A DNA stretch of 64,000 bases, taken from the NCBI GenBank assembly GCA_963699545.1, contig CAVOUE010000003.1, positions 256,001-320,000 of the forward strand, in the 5' to 3' direction. The notes beneath the pieces are model-generated. The model saw nothing but the letters and a program-made list of their open reading frames with translations. It had not been told where the DNA came from and ran no database searches. Within the stretch, counting starts at the first letter, position 1; each line of letters starts with the position of its first letter. Positions 20,798-34,009 of the stretch are shown piece by piece. Made by a program: the position numbers and the translations under genes. Origin of the DNA: Nitrospirota bacterium (GTDB lineage Bacteria > Nitrospirota > Thermodesulfovibrionia > Thermodesulfovibrionales > UBA9159).

Positions 20798-21492
20798 CGG
20801 AGATGCCGGTGAATTTGTAGCCCACGCCGTACACGGTCTTTATGAAGAGAGGGTTCCGCTGATCGTCCTCTATCTTCTGTCTCAGGTTCTTGATGTGGGC
20901 GTCGACGGTCCTGTCGTAGCCTTCGAAATCGTACCCCTGGACCATGTTGATAAGCTGGAGCCTGCTGAATACCCTTCCCGGCTTGTCAGCGAGGATCATC
21001 AGGATCCTGAACTCGGTGGGGGTGAGGACCGCAGGAGCGCCTTTCTTTGTCACTTCATGGTTTTCTGTGTCCATGGTGAGAAGGCCCTCATTGAAGCTCA
21101 CCACTCTCCGGATTCCTTTCTTTGTCCTCCTCAACTGCGCCTTCACCCTTGCCACAAGTTCCCTCGGGCTGAAAGGCTTGACCACATAGTCATCAGCCCC
21201 TAACCCGAGTCCCCGTATCCTGTCTTCCTCACCGCTCTTTGCGGTGAGCATGATGACAGGGGCGTCCGATGTCTCCCCTGATGGTGCTGCAGAGCTCTTC
21301 ACCCGAAATATCAGGGAGCATCAGGTCAAGGATGATCAGGTCAAAAGGCTCGTTGAGGTGCTTCATCGCCTCTTCCCCCGTGCCTGCAAGTTTTGTCACA
21401 AAGCCTTCCCTTCTCAGGTACAGCTCTACGATGTCGGAGATCTTCCTTTCGTCCTCAATGATTAATATCGTTCCTGACTTCCCAGTATCCAT
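20787..21492 (-). CDS. OmpR-family response regulator, frameshift near 21276
   Basis: ILIIEDE..LIILDLMLPD joins PVIMLTAK..GADDYVVKPFSP..RTVDAHIKNLRQKI..TVYGVGYK after removing one base from a G run. Confidence 0.9.
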
Positions 21493-22342
21493 AGTATTTC
21501 TCCCCAATGAAAAATGTAATGGCTGCGAGGATCACTCCCCCGATGACATCGACCACGTAATGGTATCTGCAGTATACCGTAGAAAAGATCAGCATCGCCA
21601 CAAGCGGAAGGGCCACAGAGAAGAATGTCCTGTGGAACCTGTATGCAAGACCCAAGACCACCAGCGCCACCCCGGTATGCCCGCTGGGAAAGGCGTCCCT
21701 CTTAATACCCTCGATCCTGTTCAGGAGCTCCTGAATCGGTCCTGCGAGGAACAGCCCCTGGAGGTCGGTCGACTGGAGATGGCTCATGGTATAGCGGGGA
21801 CCCAGGGCGGGGAAGAGCATATAACCGATATAGGACAGATAAAAACAGAGAAGGATCATGAAGACCGTCCGCTCGAATGCCTCATTCCTTTTCTGTACCT
21901 TCAATAGAACGCCAAGGGAGATGGGCAGGAAGTAATAGCTGGTATACGCGATCTGGAGCATATCGGTGGCCAGAGGGTTCTGGAAAGACTCAAGCATAAC
22001 GGTAGGATAGCCCCTGAAGATCAGGTAGTCAAGGCGGATCAGCACGGGATCGATATCCACCGGATTGATACCGTGGACCAGCCACTGGAGACTGTCAAAT
22101 ATTACAAGCACGCACACCACCGGGAAAACCACACTGCGGACCATATCCAGAACCCTGTTCCTTGCAGCTGTTTCATGGTGTCTGATAAGGAAAAGCTGCA
22201 CGAAGAACAGGATAGAATAGATGAGAATGAGGGCCTTCACGCGGGGGATCTTATCATGAAAGCCAAGGGACACCGTCGCAAGGAAGGAAAGGAAAATGAT
22301 GGTCAGGGATTCTGCCGGCCGCAATCTCAACAATATGCTCAT
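21455..22342 (-). CDS. PAP2-superfamily membrane protein (AUR1/IPC-synthase-like)
   Basis: FPALGPR, DAFPSGHT, RYHYVVDVIGG; multiple TMs. Confidence 0.85.
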   Translation of the reverse strand: MSILLRLRPAESLTIIFLSFLATVSLGFHDKIPRVKALILIYSILFFVQLFLIRHHETAARNRVLDMVRSVVFPVVCVLVIFDSLQWLVHGINPVDIDPVLIRLDYLIFRGYPTVMLESFQNPLATDMLQIAYTSYYFLPISLGVLLKVQKRNEAFERTVFMILLCFYLSYIGYMLFPALGPRYTMSHLQSTDLQGLFLAGPIQELLNRIEGIKRDAFPSGHTGVALVVLGLAYRFHRTFFSVALPLVAMLIFSTVYCRYHYVVDVIGGVILAAITFFIGEKYYGYWEVRNDINH

Positions 22343-22848
22343 CAGAGTTTTCCCAGCGCCCTTTGCATGGTCTTTTCTTTTTTTGACAACTGCCGGGCCC
22401 TGCCCCTTCCGGAGACGTCCATTGCCTCTTCATCCTCCTCTTCTGAAAGAAAGACCTCAGGACCCCGTTGCGCCCCCGCCCCTGCCGCTTCGAGGAAAGG
22501 GAGGAATCTTCCCGATCCTATGGGGACGGACCCTGTTGCCCATGCATGGCCGGCGATCTCCCTGTCGGAGCTCACCACGATCCATTCCCGCTTCTCTGAA
22601 GAAAGGATACGTTTTATCACCGCATCGGCCTTCTCTCCAAGCCCCGAATAGACGACCTTGACCCGGCCTCTGACCGAAGAATGTTCGGCGCCCCTTCCCC
22701 CCTTCCACCCGTCAAAGACCACCACGATCTCGTGGCCCTTCCGCTTCCTGTATTCGATCAGGAGCTCAATGAGCTTCTCCCTCTGCGCCTCGAGGTCTTT
22801 GTGACAGATGCCGATGAGGTTGTATCCGTCGATGATGAGGGAGGAAAT
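22342..22848 (-). CDS. NYN-domain (YacP/Rae1-like) putative RNase; probable ATT start
   Basis: In-frame extension of ORF 22342..22725 gives ISSLIIDGYNLI..VVFDG..ADAVI..VVSSDREI; AGGAG 6 nt before ATT 22848. Confidence 0.85.
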   Translation of the reverse strand: MSSLIIDGYNLIGICHKDLEAQREKLIELLIEYRKRKGHEIVVVFDGWKGGRGAEHSSVRGRVKVVYSGLGEKADAVIKRILSSEKREWIVVSSDREIAGHAWATGSVPIGSGRFLPFLEAAGAGAQRGPEVFLSEEEDEEAMDVSGRGRARQLSKKEKTMQRALGKL

Positions 22849-22859
22849 AGCGTTCTCCT

Positions 22860-23417
22860 CTACGTGAAGTCTTGTATGGTGAGGAGGGAATAGACGGGGC
22901 AGCCGAGCCGCTCGATATTCTGTCTGCCGTCGAATTCGCCCCTGTCCAGGAGGATGATCACCGCGATGATCTTCAGACCCGCCTTTCGCGCCGCTTCCAT
23001 CGCCTTTATGGTCGAGCCTCCCGTAGTGACCACATCGTCAATGATGATCACCTCATCACCGGGCTGCACGTTTCCCTCGATCTGGCTCATGGTGCCGTGG
23101 CCCTTCGGCTCTTTTCGGATCACCATGGCCTCGATAGGCTCGTTCCTGGTATGCGAGGTATACGCGGTTGCCGTGGCGATGGGGTCTGCTCCCATGGTGA
23201 GCCCGCCGATGGCTTTTGGTCTCAATCCCATTTCCCTGACCTTGTCAAAGACGAGGTTGCCGATGAGATACTGCCCGATGGGTGAATAGGTCGTCTTTTT
23301 CATGTTGAAATAAAAGGTGCTCAGGTTGCCGGACGAGAGCTTAAATGTGGGCGTATCGCTTCTCTGGAAAGAGTGCGCCTTTATGTAATCAATGAGCTGT
23401 TTTCTGTGATCCATCAT
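22860..23417 (-). CDS. pyrE: Orotate phosphoribosyltransferase
   Basis: FKLSSG, GGLTMGADPI, IRKEPKGHG, IIDDVVTTGGS. Confidence 0.93.
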   Translation of the reverse strand: MMDHRKQLIDYIKAHSFQRSDTPTFKLSSGNLSTFYFNMKKTTYSPIGQYLIGNLVFDKVREMGLRPKAIGGLTMGADPIATATAYTSHTRNEPIEAMVIRKEPKGHGTMSQIEGNVQPGDEVIIIDDVVTTGGSTIKAMEAARKAGLKIIAVIILLDRGEFDGRQNIERLGCPVYSLLTIQDFT

Positions 23418-23532
23418 CTCAACTATAGCAAAAAATCCCGGGGAATGGCAAAACGACACCGGATCGTGGCTCATTGTTTAAATGCGTGGCCGGATTGTAT
23501 AATTGAGTACATCTGTGCACCACGAGGCTTGC

Positions 23533-24201
23533 ATGAAACTCATACTTTTTGACATCGACGGGACATTGATGGATTCGGGAGGGGCGGGAACGAAGTCCAT
23601 GAACCTCGCCTTCGAGGAACTCTTCTCTGTCCGGGACGGGTTCAAAGGCATTAACATGGCGGGGAAGACCGACACCCAGATCATGAAAGAGGGCCTCAGA
23701 AAATACGGCTTGAATGGAGAGAACGGGAATGTCGGTCTCTTCTCTGACCGGTACATCAGCCACCTCAGGAGAGAGATCGAGACCCCGGGGAAACATCTGA
23801 AGCCCCGGATCAGGGAGTCCCTGGAGCTCCTGAGCAGCATGGACGATATCTTTCTCGGTCTCCTCACCGGAAACATAGAGGCGGGGGCACGGATAAAGCT
23901 CGGCGCATTCGGCCTCAACAGCTATTTCCCCTTTGGCGCGTTCGGCAATGACGATGAGGACAGGAACAAGCTCCTTCCTGTCGCTGCAGCGAGGTTCCGG
24001 GAGCTCCATAGGCAACATGTGGAATACAGGGACTGCATCGTTATCGGGGACACCCCAAGGGATGTGGAGTGCGCGAAGATCTATGGAGCATACGCCGTTG
24101 CTGTCGCCACGGGGCCCTACCGCTATGATTCCCTTGTCGCGTCGGGGGCGGACCTGGTGCTGAAGGATATGTCGGAGATGGACTGCTCCCTCATCCTCTA
24201 G
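23533..24201 (+). CDS. HAD-superfamily hydrolase
   Basis: LFDIDGTL, LLTGN, IGDTPRDV. Confidence 0.9.
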   Translation: MKLILFDIDGTLMDSGGAGTKSMNLAFEELFSVRDGFKGINMAGKTDTQIMKEGLRKYGLNGENGNVGLFSDRYISHLRREIETPGKHLKPRIRESLELLSSMDDIFLGLLTGNIEAGARIKLGAFGLNSYFPFGAFGNDDEDRNKLLPVAAARFRELHRQHVEYRDCIVIGDTPRDVECAKIYGAYAVAVATGPYRYDSLVASGADLVLKDMSEMDCSLIL

Positions 24202-24367
24202 CCTGATTATTCAGGAAGAGCAAGGTCATTGGAGTCTCACCCGTCCGAGTCATGATACGTACCCCTTCTCTGCTGTGCCGTCGTCCATACACCTAAAAGA
24301 CTCTGTCCCAATGATCGCTGTTGTCCGCTCTTGCGGACCGGCACACAACCCGACGTCTTGCCCTTTT

Positions 24368-24576
24368 GAATAAAATGGGGACACATCCCATTTTCCTTTA
24401 TCTCCTTCGCCGTATCTATCTTCAGCCACCTGGCCTCAGGGGGGTTCTATAGTCTTATTAAGGAATGTGCTTCAAAGTTAACTTCTTTTTTCGGCTTAAC
24501 CCAAAACAGGGCAAGCGCAAGCCTTCGCACCTCAGTTGTTTAACTCCTGAAAATGGGATGTGTCCCTATTTTATTC
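24368..24576. mobile_element. Non-autonomous REP-doublet (REPIN/MITE-like) element
   Basis: 28-bp terminal inverted repeats 24368-24395 and 24549-24576 (27/28 match) containing the RAYT-end motif; ~153-bp unique interior. Confidence 0.8.
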
Positions 24577-24625
24577 TATTGTCTTGCCGGGAGACGGACA
24601 CTTCCCCCACCCATAAGCAGGACAG

Positions 24626-25840
<1,215 letters not shown>

Positions 25841-25960
25841 CTAAAATAGTCCTGCTTTTTTTCTCAGCGAACACGGGGCTTCTCCCAAATCTCTTTTAAG
25901 GGGAATTTCGAAGGTGAGACGAAGTCCCTCCGCCTCAGGCGGATGCACGAAAGGAAACAA

Positions 25961-28220
<2,260 letters not shown>

Positions 28221-28233
28221 GGACTACAGAGCC

Positions 28234-29466
28234 ATGATCAAAAAGAACGGGAATCCACCAGCCACAACCGATATCCTGAACAAACTGACCATCGAAGACA
28301 TGGACATCAGGGGCAAGAGGGTGTTCATCCGTGTGGACTTCAACGTGCCCCTCGACGAGAACCTCAAGGTGACTGATGACCGCCGGATCCGTTCCGCTCT
28401 GCCGACGATCAACTACGCCATTGATGAAGGGGCGAAGGTGATCCTCGCCTCCCATCTCGGCAGGCCCAAGGGCAAGGTGAGCCCCAGGGCCAGCCTCGCC
28501 CCTGTCGCCAAGAGGCTCCAGCGGCTCCTGGACAAGGACGTGATCTTCGCCGATGACTGCGTCGGGCCGCAGGTCGAGAACTTCGTGTCAAAAATGAAGA
28601 GCGGCGATGTGCTCCTGCTCGAGAACCTGAGGTTCCACCAGGAAGAGGAAAAGAACGACGAAGAATTCTCAAAGGCCCTGGCAAGGCTCGCAGACGTATA
28701 CATAAATGATGCCTTTGGAGCGGCCCACCGGGCCCATGCGTCCATTGTGGGCATCACCAAATTTATCCCTGCTGCGGCGGGCTTCCTGCTGAAGCGGGAG
28801 ATAGAATACCTGAAGGGAGTGGTGCTGAACCCTGTGAGACCCTTTGTCGCGATCCTCGGCGGCGCAAAAGTCTCGGGGAAGATCGGGGTACTTGAACACT
28901 TCGTTGATAAGGTGGACAAGGTCATTGTGGGGGGCGGCATGGCGTTCACCTTCATAAAGGCCATGGGGTTTGAGATCGGCAATTCGCTCGTAGAGGCTGA
29001 TATGCTGGACTCTGCGAACGCCATCCGGGAAAAACTGATAAGGAATAATGTGAAGTTCTATCTGCCGGTGGATTGTGTCATTGCCCAGAGCATGGAGCCG
29101 GGGGTCGAAACGAAAATCGTCACCACCCAGGAGATACCAAGAGGGTGGCTTGCGCTGGACATCGGGCCTGCGTCGGTGCGGCTCTTTTCAGAGGCGATCC
29201 AGGACGCAAAGACCGTGATCTGGAACGGCCCCATGGGAGTGTTCGAGCTGGATGCGTTCTCGCGCGGGAGCTATGCCATCGCCCACTCTGTGGCGGATGC
29301 GTACGCCCTTACGATCGTGGGAGGCGGAGACACCGACCTTGCAGTGCACAAGGCCGGCGTCTCTGACTCGATATCCTTTATCTCCACGGGAGGCGGCGCA
29401 TCTCTTCAACTGCTGGAGGGAAAAGAGCTTCCCGGCATCTCAGCGCTGACAGACAGGAAAGAGTAA
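28234..29466 (+). CDS. pgk: Phosphoglycerate kinase
   Basis: RVDFNVP, SHLGRP, LLENLRF, WNGPMGVFE, ISTGGGASL. Confidence 0.98.
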   Translation: MIKKNGNPPATTDILNKLTIEDMDIRGKRVFIRVDFNVPLDENLKVTDDRRIRSALPTINYAIDEGAKVILASHLGRPKGKVSPRASLAPVAKRLQRLLDKDVIFADDCVGPQVENFVSKMKSGDVLLLENLRFHQEEEKNDEEFSKALARLADVYINDAFGAAHRAHASIVGITKFIPAAAGFLLKREIEYLKGVVLNPVRPFVAILGGAKVSGKIGVLEHFVDKVDKVIVGGGMAFTFIKAMGFEIGNSLVEADMLDSANAIREKLIRNNVKFYLPVDCVIAQSMEPGVETKIVTTQEIPRGWLALDIGPASVRLFSEAIQDAKTVIWNGPMGVFELDAFSRGSYAIAHSVADAYALTIVGGGDTDLAVHKAGVSDSISFISTGGGASLQLLEGKELPGISALTDRKE

Positions 29467-29471
29467 GCCTC

Positions 29472-29876
29472 CTACGCTGTCTGGAATTCCGGCTGATCGA
29501 CCTTGTGCGGGAATTTTATGTTCTCGTGTGAGAGGATCCCTCTTTTTATCTCCACCACAGAAGGGTTCTTGCTCTCGAACCGTTCTATGAGGAACCCGGC
29601 TGCCACCTCCGGCTTAATGATATCACCACAGGTGAAGATATCAACGGCAGCGTACCCGTGCTCCGGCCAGGTGTGTATGGACAGATGTGACTCTGCTATC
29701 ACTACCATGCCGCTGATACCAAAGGGATTAAATTCGTGGAAGGAGATATCTACGATTGTGGCCTTTGCTTCCTTGGCTGCTGAAACTAAAGCATCTCTGA
29801 CTTCTTCGAGACTCTTCAGGATTGTAGGGTTACAATCCCTCAATTCCACTAAAAGATGGGTGCCTAAAGCATACAA
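29472..29876 (-). CDS. speD: S-adenosylmethionine decarboxylase proenzyme
   Basis: GTHLLVEL, VVIAESHLSIHTWPE (pyruvoyl cleavage site), DIFTCG; probable TTG start. Confidence 0.93.
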   Translation of the reverse strand: MYALGTHLLVELRDCNPTILKSLEEVRDALVSAAKEAKATIVDISFHEFNPFGISGMVVIAESHLSIHTWPEHGYAAVDIFTCGDIIKPEVAAGFLIERFESKNPSVVEIKRGILSHENIKFPHKVDQPEFQTA

Positions 29877-30049
29877 TTCCCTACCCTCCTTCAATGAAAC
29901 CTTGGGAGCGAAACACTCCCCTTTCGGTGTAAGAATTTACAGCAAAAGGATAATGTTTGTCAAGAAAAATCTTTCCCCGCTCTCACGCGAGAGCTCTGAA
30001 CTTTCCGATGACGCCGTGCGAAAAAAATGTGACCGCGCATCGACTCATG

Positions 30050-30079
30050 TTGCTAAGGAAAAGAATACTTTGATATAAT
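30050..30079 (+). promoter_or_regulatory. Sigma70 promoter for the tRNA
   Basis: TTGCTA, 18 nt, TGaTATAAT; followed by hairpin 30081-30111. Confidence 0.6.
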
Positions 30080-30170
30080 GAAGGACCTTACGGCAATGCC
30101 GCAGGGTCCTTAACGCAAGGAATTGTTTTTATCACATTCGCTCCGCTCTACGTTTCAAGTCTACCTGATA

Positions 30171-30247
30171 GGCGGTGTAGCTCAGATGGTTAGAGCATGC
30201 GGCTCATATCCGCAGTGTCCGGGGTTCGATTCCCTGCACCGCCACCA
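30171..30247 (+). tRNA. tRNA-Met (CAT), probably elongator
   Basis: Cloverleaf GGCGGTG/CACCGCC, anticodon arm TGCGG-CTCATAT-CCGCA, GTTCGATTC T-loop, encoded CCA. Confidence 0.93.
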
Positions 30248-30522
30248 ATTTTCTTGTCACTTTCAGCCACAAAGCGGTTTCCCCCGGTGCGCGAATGATG
30301 CACGATTTCCGAATGAAAGACACATTCCTCAAAGTGCAGGCTGCACCTGCTAAGCCGCAGCAAAGAACACAAGCAGAAACCGTTTGACTATACGAACCTC
30401 AGAGATGGTTCGTGTCTTGTCTAAGCGATAGGGGTAAATCAATAAAGGCCGACAGGCAAGACCAGTTCGGACACACGAATATTTATGCTCCGTATTCGGC
30501 TCTATTTGTTTTAGAATGGAGC

Positions 30523-31356
30523 ATGATAGAAGTCACGGACGTGACAAAAGACTACGGTAAGATACGGGCGCTGAACGCCCTTTCTTTCAAGATCGACCGC
30601 GGAGAAGTCTTCGGCCTCCTTGGGCCGAACGGCGCAGGGAAGACGACCCTGATCAAGATACTCACGACGCTGAGCAGGCCCGATTCCGGCAAGGCTGTCA
30701 TTGACAGGTTCGACGTTATAGAGCGTCCCCTCGAAATTAAGAGACGTGTCGGGGTGGTGCCGCAGGAGAACAATCTTGACAGGGAGCTCACGGCGAGGGA
30801 AAACTTGCTCATCTACGGGATGCTCCACGGGGTAACCGAGAGAGATGTAAAGATCAGTGCTGCCCTTGAAACAGTCGGCCTTTCTGAAAGGAAAGACTCG
30901 GTCGTCTCCCATTTTTCCGGTGGCATGCAGAGAAGACTGCTCCTGGCAAGGGCCCTCCTCTCCGAACCGTCCGTGCTTTTTCTCGATGAACCTTCCACAG
31001 GTCTCGACCCTCAGATCAGGCATCAGCTGTGGGACATCATCAGGAAGACAAAAAAGGAAGGACGTACGGTCATCATAACCACACATTACATTGAAGAAGC
31101 GGAAGCGCTCTCCGACAGGGTCGGTATCCTTTCCAAAGGGAGGATGATCGCCCTTGATACCCCCCACAATCTGAAGGCATGTATCGGTGAGTATGTGGTT
31201 GAGTTTGTGGACGGGACCGGGAAGCTCATCCGGCATATCTGCAGAAACCGCGACGAGGCCGGTGAAATCGCAAGAGGGATTGAGACGGCCGTAACGATCC
31301 GGCGGTCAAACCTCGAAGACGTTTTCATCAAGCTTACCGGAGAGCGCATAGAATGA
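30523..31356 (+). CDS. ABC-2 exporter ATP-binding protein (NodI/DrrA-like)
   Basis: GPNGAGKTT, FSGGMQRR, LDEPSTGLDP, TTHYIEEAE. Confidence 0.92.
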   Translation: MIEVTDVTKDYGKIRALNALSFKIDRGEVFGLLGPNGAGKTTLIKILTTLSRPDSGKAVIDRFDVIERPLEIKRRVGVVPQENNLDRELTARENLLIYGMLHGVTERDVKISAALETVGLSERKDSVVSHFSGGMQRRLLLARALLSEPSVLFLDEPSTGLDPQIRHQLWDIIRKTKKEGRTVIITTHYIEEAEALSDRVGILSKGRMIALDTPHNLKACIGEYVVEFVDGTGKLIRHICRNRDEAGEIARGIETAVTIRRSNLEDVFIKLTGERIE

Positions 31357-32102
31357 AAAGCGCCCTTGAATGGTATCCGATCTTTTTACGGGAGATGCTG
31401 TTATACAAGAGACGGCTTTTGCGGCTGGGGTACCTCATCTCGACCATGTTTGTCCCGATCGTCTACCTCGTCGCCTTCGGGTTTGGCCTCGGCAAGAGCG
31501 TCCAGCTGCACGGGACGAGTTACCTCGATTTCCTCATCCCCGGTCTGGTTTCGATGAGCTCCATGCTCAATTCATACACGTGGGTGGCGAATTCCCTGAA
31601 CCTGGACAGGCTCTATTTCAAGACCTTTCAGGTCTTCATCCAGTCACCGATCAAACCTGCATCAATAATGGTCGGGGAAGTGCTCGCAAGTGTCGTCAAG
31701 GGTCTCCTCACGACCGTAGTAATCATTGTCACAGGCCTTCTCACATCCCGGGGCTTCTCGATTACTCCCCTTTTTATCCTCGCTCTGGTCCTGAACTGTT
31801 TCCTTTTTGCCAACATGGGGGTAATCACGGGAATGCTCTCCAAGTCCCACGAGGATATAGGCACCTATTCAAATTTCTTCATCCTGCCGATGGCCTTTTT
31901 CGGCGGAACCTTTTTCCCTCTGGATAAGGCGCCGCTGCTGCTGAAATCGATCATCTATCTCTTGCCTCTCACGCATACGAACGTCCTGATACGGAAGCCC
32001 GCGTTCGACGGGGAAGCCCTCATCTCCTTCCTCGTGCTCGTCGCCTACTCGGTTCTCTTTCTGATTTACGGCTCACGGATTATCAAGGAATACAGCGAAT
32101 AA
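31353..32102 (+). CDS. ABC-2 type permease
   Basis: YLDFLIPG, FFGGTFFP, LPLTH; overlaps the ATPase stop. Confidence 0.9.
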   Translation: MKSALEWYPIFLREMLLYKRRLLRLGYLISTMFVPIVYLVAFGFGLGKSVQLHGTSYLDFLIPGLVSMSSMLNSYTWVANSLNLDRLYFKTFQVFIQSPIKPASIMVGEVLASVVKGLLTTVVIIVTGLLTSRGFSITPLFILALVLNCFLFANMGVITGMLSKSHEDIGTYSNFFILPMAFFGGTFFPLDKAPLLLKSIIYLLPLTHTNVLIRKPAFDGEALISFLVLVAYSVLFLIYGSRIIKEYSE

Positions 32103-32186
32103 AGAAAGGCTGACCGCGCAAAGGACAACCGATGCCAAAAGAGAACTCTGTTTAACCCGTGTCATTGGTCAGGCGACGATTTCACC

Positions 32187-32350
32187 CTACGCGCCGTGTC
32201 TTCCAGTGTCATACAGAGCTTCAATGTCGAAGGCGGGCACCGTAACTGAGACGTAAATGAGCTTCTCCGGTCCTACATCTTCGATAGCGTACTCCACGTT
32301 TGAGGGAATATAGAGGAGATCACCTGCCTGTACGTCAGCTATTGATAGAG
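32187..32350 (-). pseudogene. C-terminal remnant of a cupin gene
   Basis: VQAGDLLYIPSNVEYAIEDVGPEKLIYVSV matches cupin motif 2; no credible N-terminal half or start. Confidence 0.45.
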
Positions 32351-32463
32351 CGAGAAAGGCACGCACGCCCCCAGGACATGATTCTTCTTTCCCGAAGCGA
32401 TCGAATGTGAGATAATATCCCTGAATAGTCTTCACGCTATCAACATAAAAAAGAGAGGTCACC

Positions 32464-33510
32464 ATGAGTAAAATCACATTTGAGAGCATTGAATCAGAGG
32501 TGAGATTCCATAACCCCCTCAGGGATTTTGCAGAAGACCTCCACAGGCTTGAAATCCGCAAAGACCCCCTTCTGGGCGATGTGAGCGTGTATAACCCCTA
32601 TCTCAAGGACAAGGCAAAGGCATTCTTCGGCGACTGTGACCCCGACCTGATAAGGCAGCTCGTTGAAGAGAGCGCAAAGACCTGTTTCTTGTGCGGAGAA
32701 AAGCTTGAAAAGGTCACCCCGCGCTTCACCTCGGATTTTCTCGCTGAAGGTCGACTGAGGGTCGGAGAGGCGGTGCTTTTCCCGAATCTTTTTTCGCTCG
32801 GTACGCATCACCCCGTCGTCTGTCTGTGCAAGGCCCATTTTCTCAGGCTCTCCGAGTTTGATCAGAATCTGATGGCGGACGGACTCACGGCGGCACAGAA
32901 GTTCCTGAAGATCGTCTATGAGAAAGACAGGTCCGCCGCCTATACCGCCGTAACAGCGAATTATCTCTTTCCGGCAGGCGCGAGCCTTGTTCACCCCCAC
33001 CTCCAGATGGTCATAACGCCCGTCCCCTATTCATATCATGCGAGACTCCTTGACGCCGGGGATGCCTATTACCGTGAAAACGGCTCGCCCTATTTCACCG
33101 ACCTTGTCCAAAAGGAGAGGGCCGGCTCGAGATATGTCGCCCGAAAAGGACGGTGGCACTGGCTTGCCCCCTTTTCTCCTATGGGCAATAATGAGTTCCT
33201 CGCGATCCACGAGACCGAGGCTGATTTCGGTGACCTTACATTGTCTGATCTGAAAGACCTGTCCTATGGCATATCAAGGGTGCTCGCCTTTTATGAGACC
33301 CTTGGCCACCTGAGTTTCAACTATGCGGTCTATTCTGTCAGGGGAGATCGCTCTTCGGGAGGCTTCCGCTGCCTTATCAAGATCATATGCAGACAGAACC
33401 TTTATCACAACTACCGGAATGACGACTATTTCCTGCAGAAACTTCTCCAGGCAGAACTTATTATAACGCCTCCTGAAGAGCTGGCCGGACTGCTGAAGGG
33501 ATACTTCTGA
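32464..33510 (+). CDS. Galactose-1-phosphate uridylyltransferase-like (GalT/HIT) protein
   Basis: EIRKDPLLG, CFLC, FPNLF, AGASLVHPHLQ. Confidence 0.8.
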   Translation: MSKITFESIESEVRFHNPLRDFAEDLHRLEIRKDPLLGDVSVYNPYLKDKAKAFFGDCDPDLIRQLVEESAKTCFLCGEKLEKVTPRFTSDFLAEGRLRVGEAVLFPNLFSLGTHHPVVCLCKAHFLRLSEFDQNLMADGLTAAQKFLKIVYEKDRSAAYTAVTANYLFPAGASLVHPHLQMVITPVPYSYHARLLDAGDAYYRENGSPYFTDLVQKERAGSRYVARKGRWHWLAPFSPMGNNEFLAIHETEADFGDLTLSDLKDLSYGISRVLAFYETLGHLSFNYAVYSVRGDRSSGGFRCLIKIICRQNLYHNYRNDDYFLQKLLQAELIITPPEELAGLLKGYF

Positions 33511-33521
33511 CAGGGACAGGC

Positions 33522-33553
33522 GGCAGTCCCCGGTACGATGTCCGGGAACTGCC
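33522..33553. terminator. Hairpin between convergent genes
   Basis: GGCAGTCCCCGG-N8-CCGGGAACTGCC. Confidence 0.5.
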
Positions 33554-33567
33554 CGGGGTGAAGGAAC

Positions 33568-33960
33568 TTATTTCTCTTCCTTTTTCTTCTCTTCTTTCTT
33601 CTTCTTGCCGGTGAGATAGGCCTCTGTAGGCCTCCATCCGAAAACAGCCGTCTTGCCAAATGCGTTCAGCGCCGCTCCGCCGGCTGCGGAAGCGATGGCC
33701 GCGAAGAACGCGAAAGGAAGGGCCACCACATAGGCGATGCCGATGAAGGGAGCAGCCGCTATCCTGCCCACTGTCTTCAATACATTCCGGGAGCCGGTCC
33801 TTCTCATGAACTCAATATCGTCTTTTCCCTCATTGATCACTGCCGCAAAGGGTCTGGGTTTCAGAACTTCGGCAAACAGAATGTACCCTGCAATGAACAT
33901 TACGGAGATGATGTACTCGACTCCTTTTATGTGCGTTATGTAATCATACAGTGTATACAT
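33568..33960 (-). CDS. Small membrane protein, HmcD-like N-terminus plus FGWRPxEA module
   Basis: MYTLYDYITHIKGVEY.. N-terminus; APFIGIAYVVALPF..FGWRPTEAYLTGKKK; GGAG Shine-Dalgarno. Confidence 0.7.
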   Translation of the reverse strand: MYTLYDYITHIKGVEYIISVMFIAGYILFAEVLKPRPFAAVINEGKDDIEFMRRTGSRNVLKTVGRIAAAPFIGIAYVVALPFAFFAAIASAAGGAALNAFGKTAVFGWRPTEAYLTGKKKKEEKKKEEK

Positions 33961-34009
33961 TTTCGCTCTCCTTTCTTTTGGTCATTTCTTTTGTAAATTC
34001 AACCCGCTT

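Noticed and set aside
29881-29916. 11-codon upstream ORF (GTG..TAG) before speD, possible polyamine-sensing leader
   Set aside because: The GTG abuts its putative Shine-Dalgarno and lies within a hairpin; no support for translation.
30171-30247. Initiator tRNA-fMet
   Set aside because: G1-C72 is paired and the anticodon stem lacks three consecutive G-C pairs of the GGG/CCC type; tRNA-Ile2 is not fully excluded.
30171-32460. Genomic island integrated at the tRNA
   Set aside because: No integrase and no duplicated tRNA 3' end seen.
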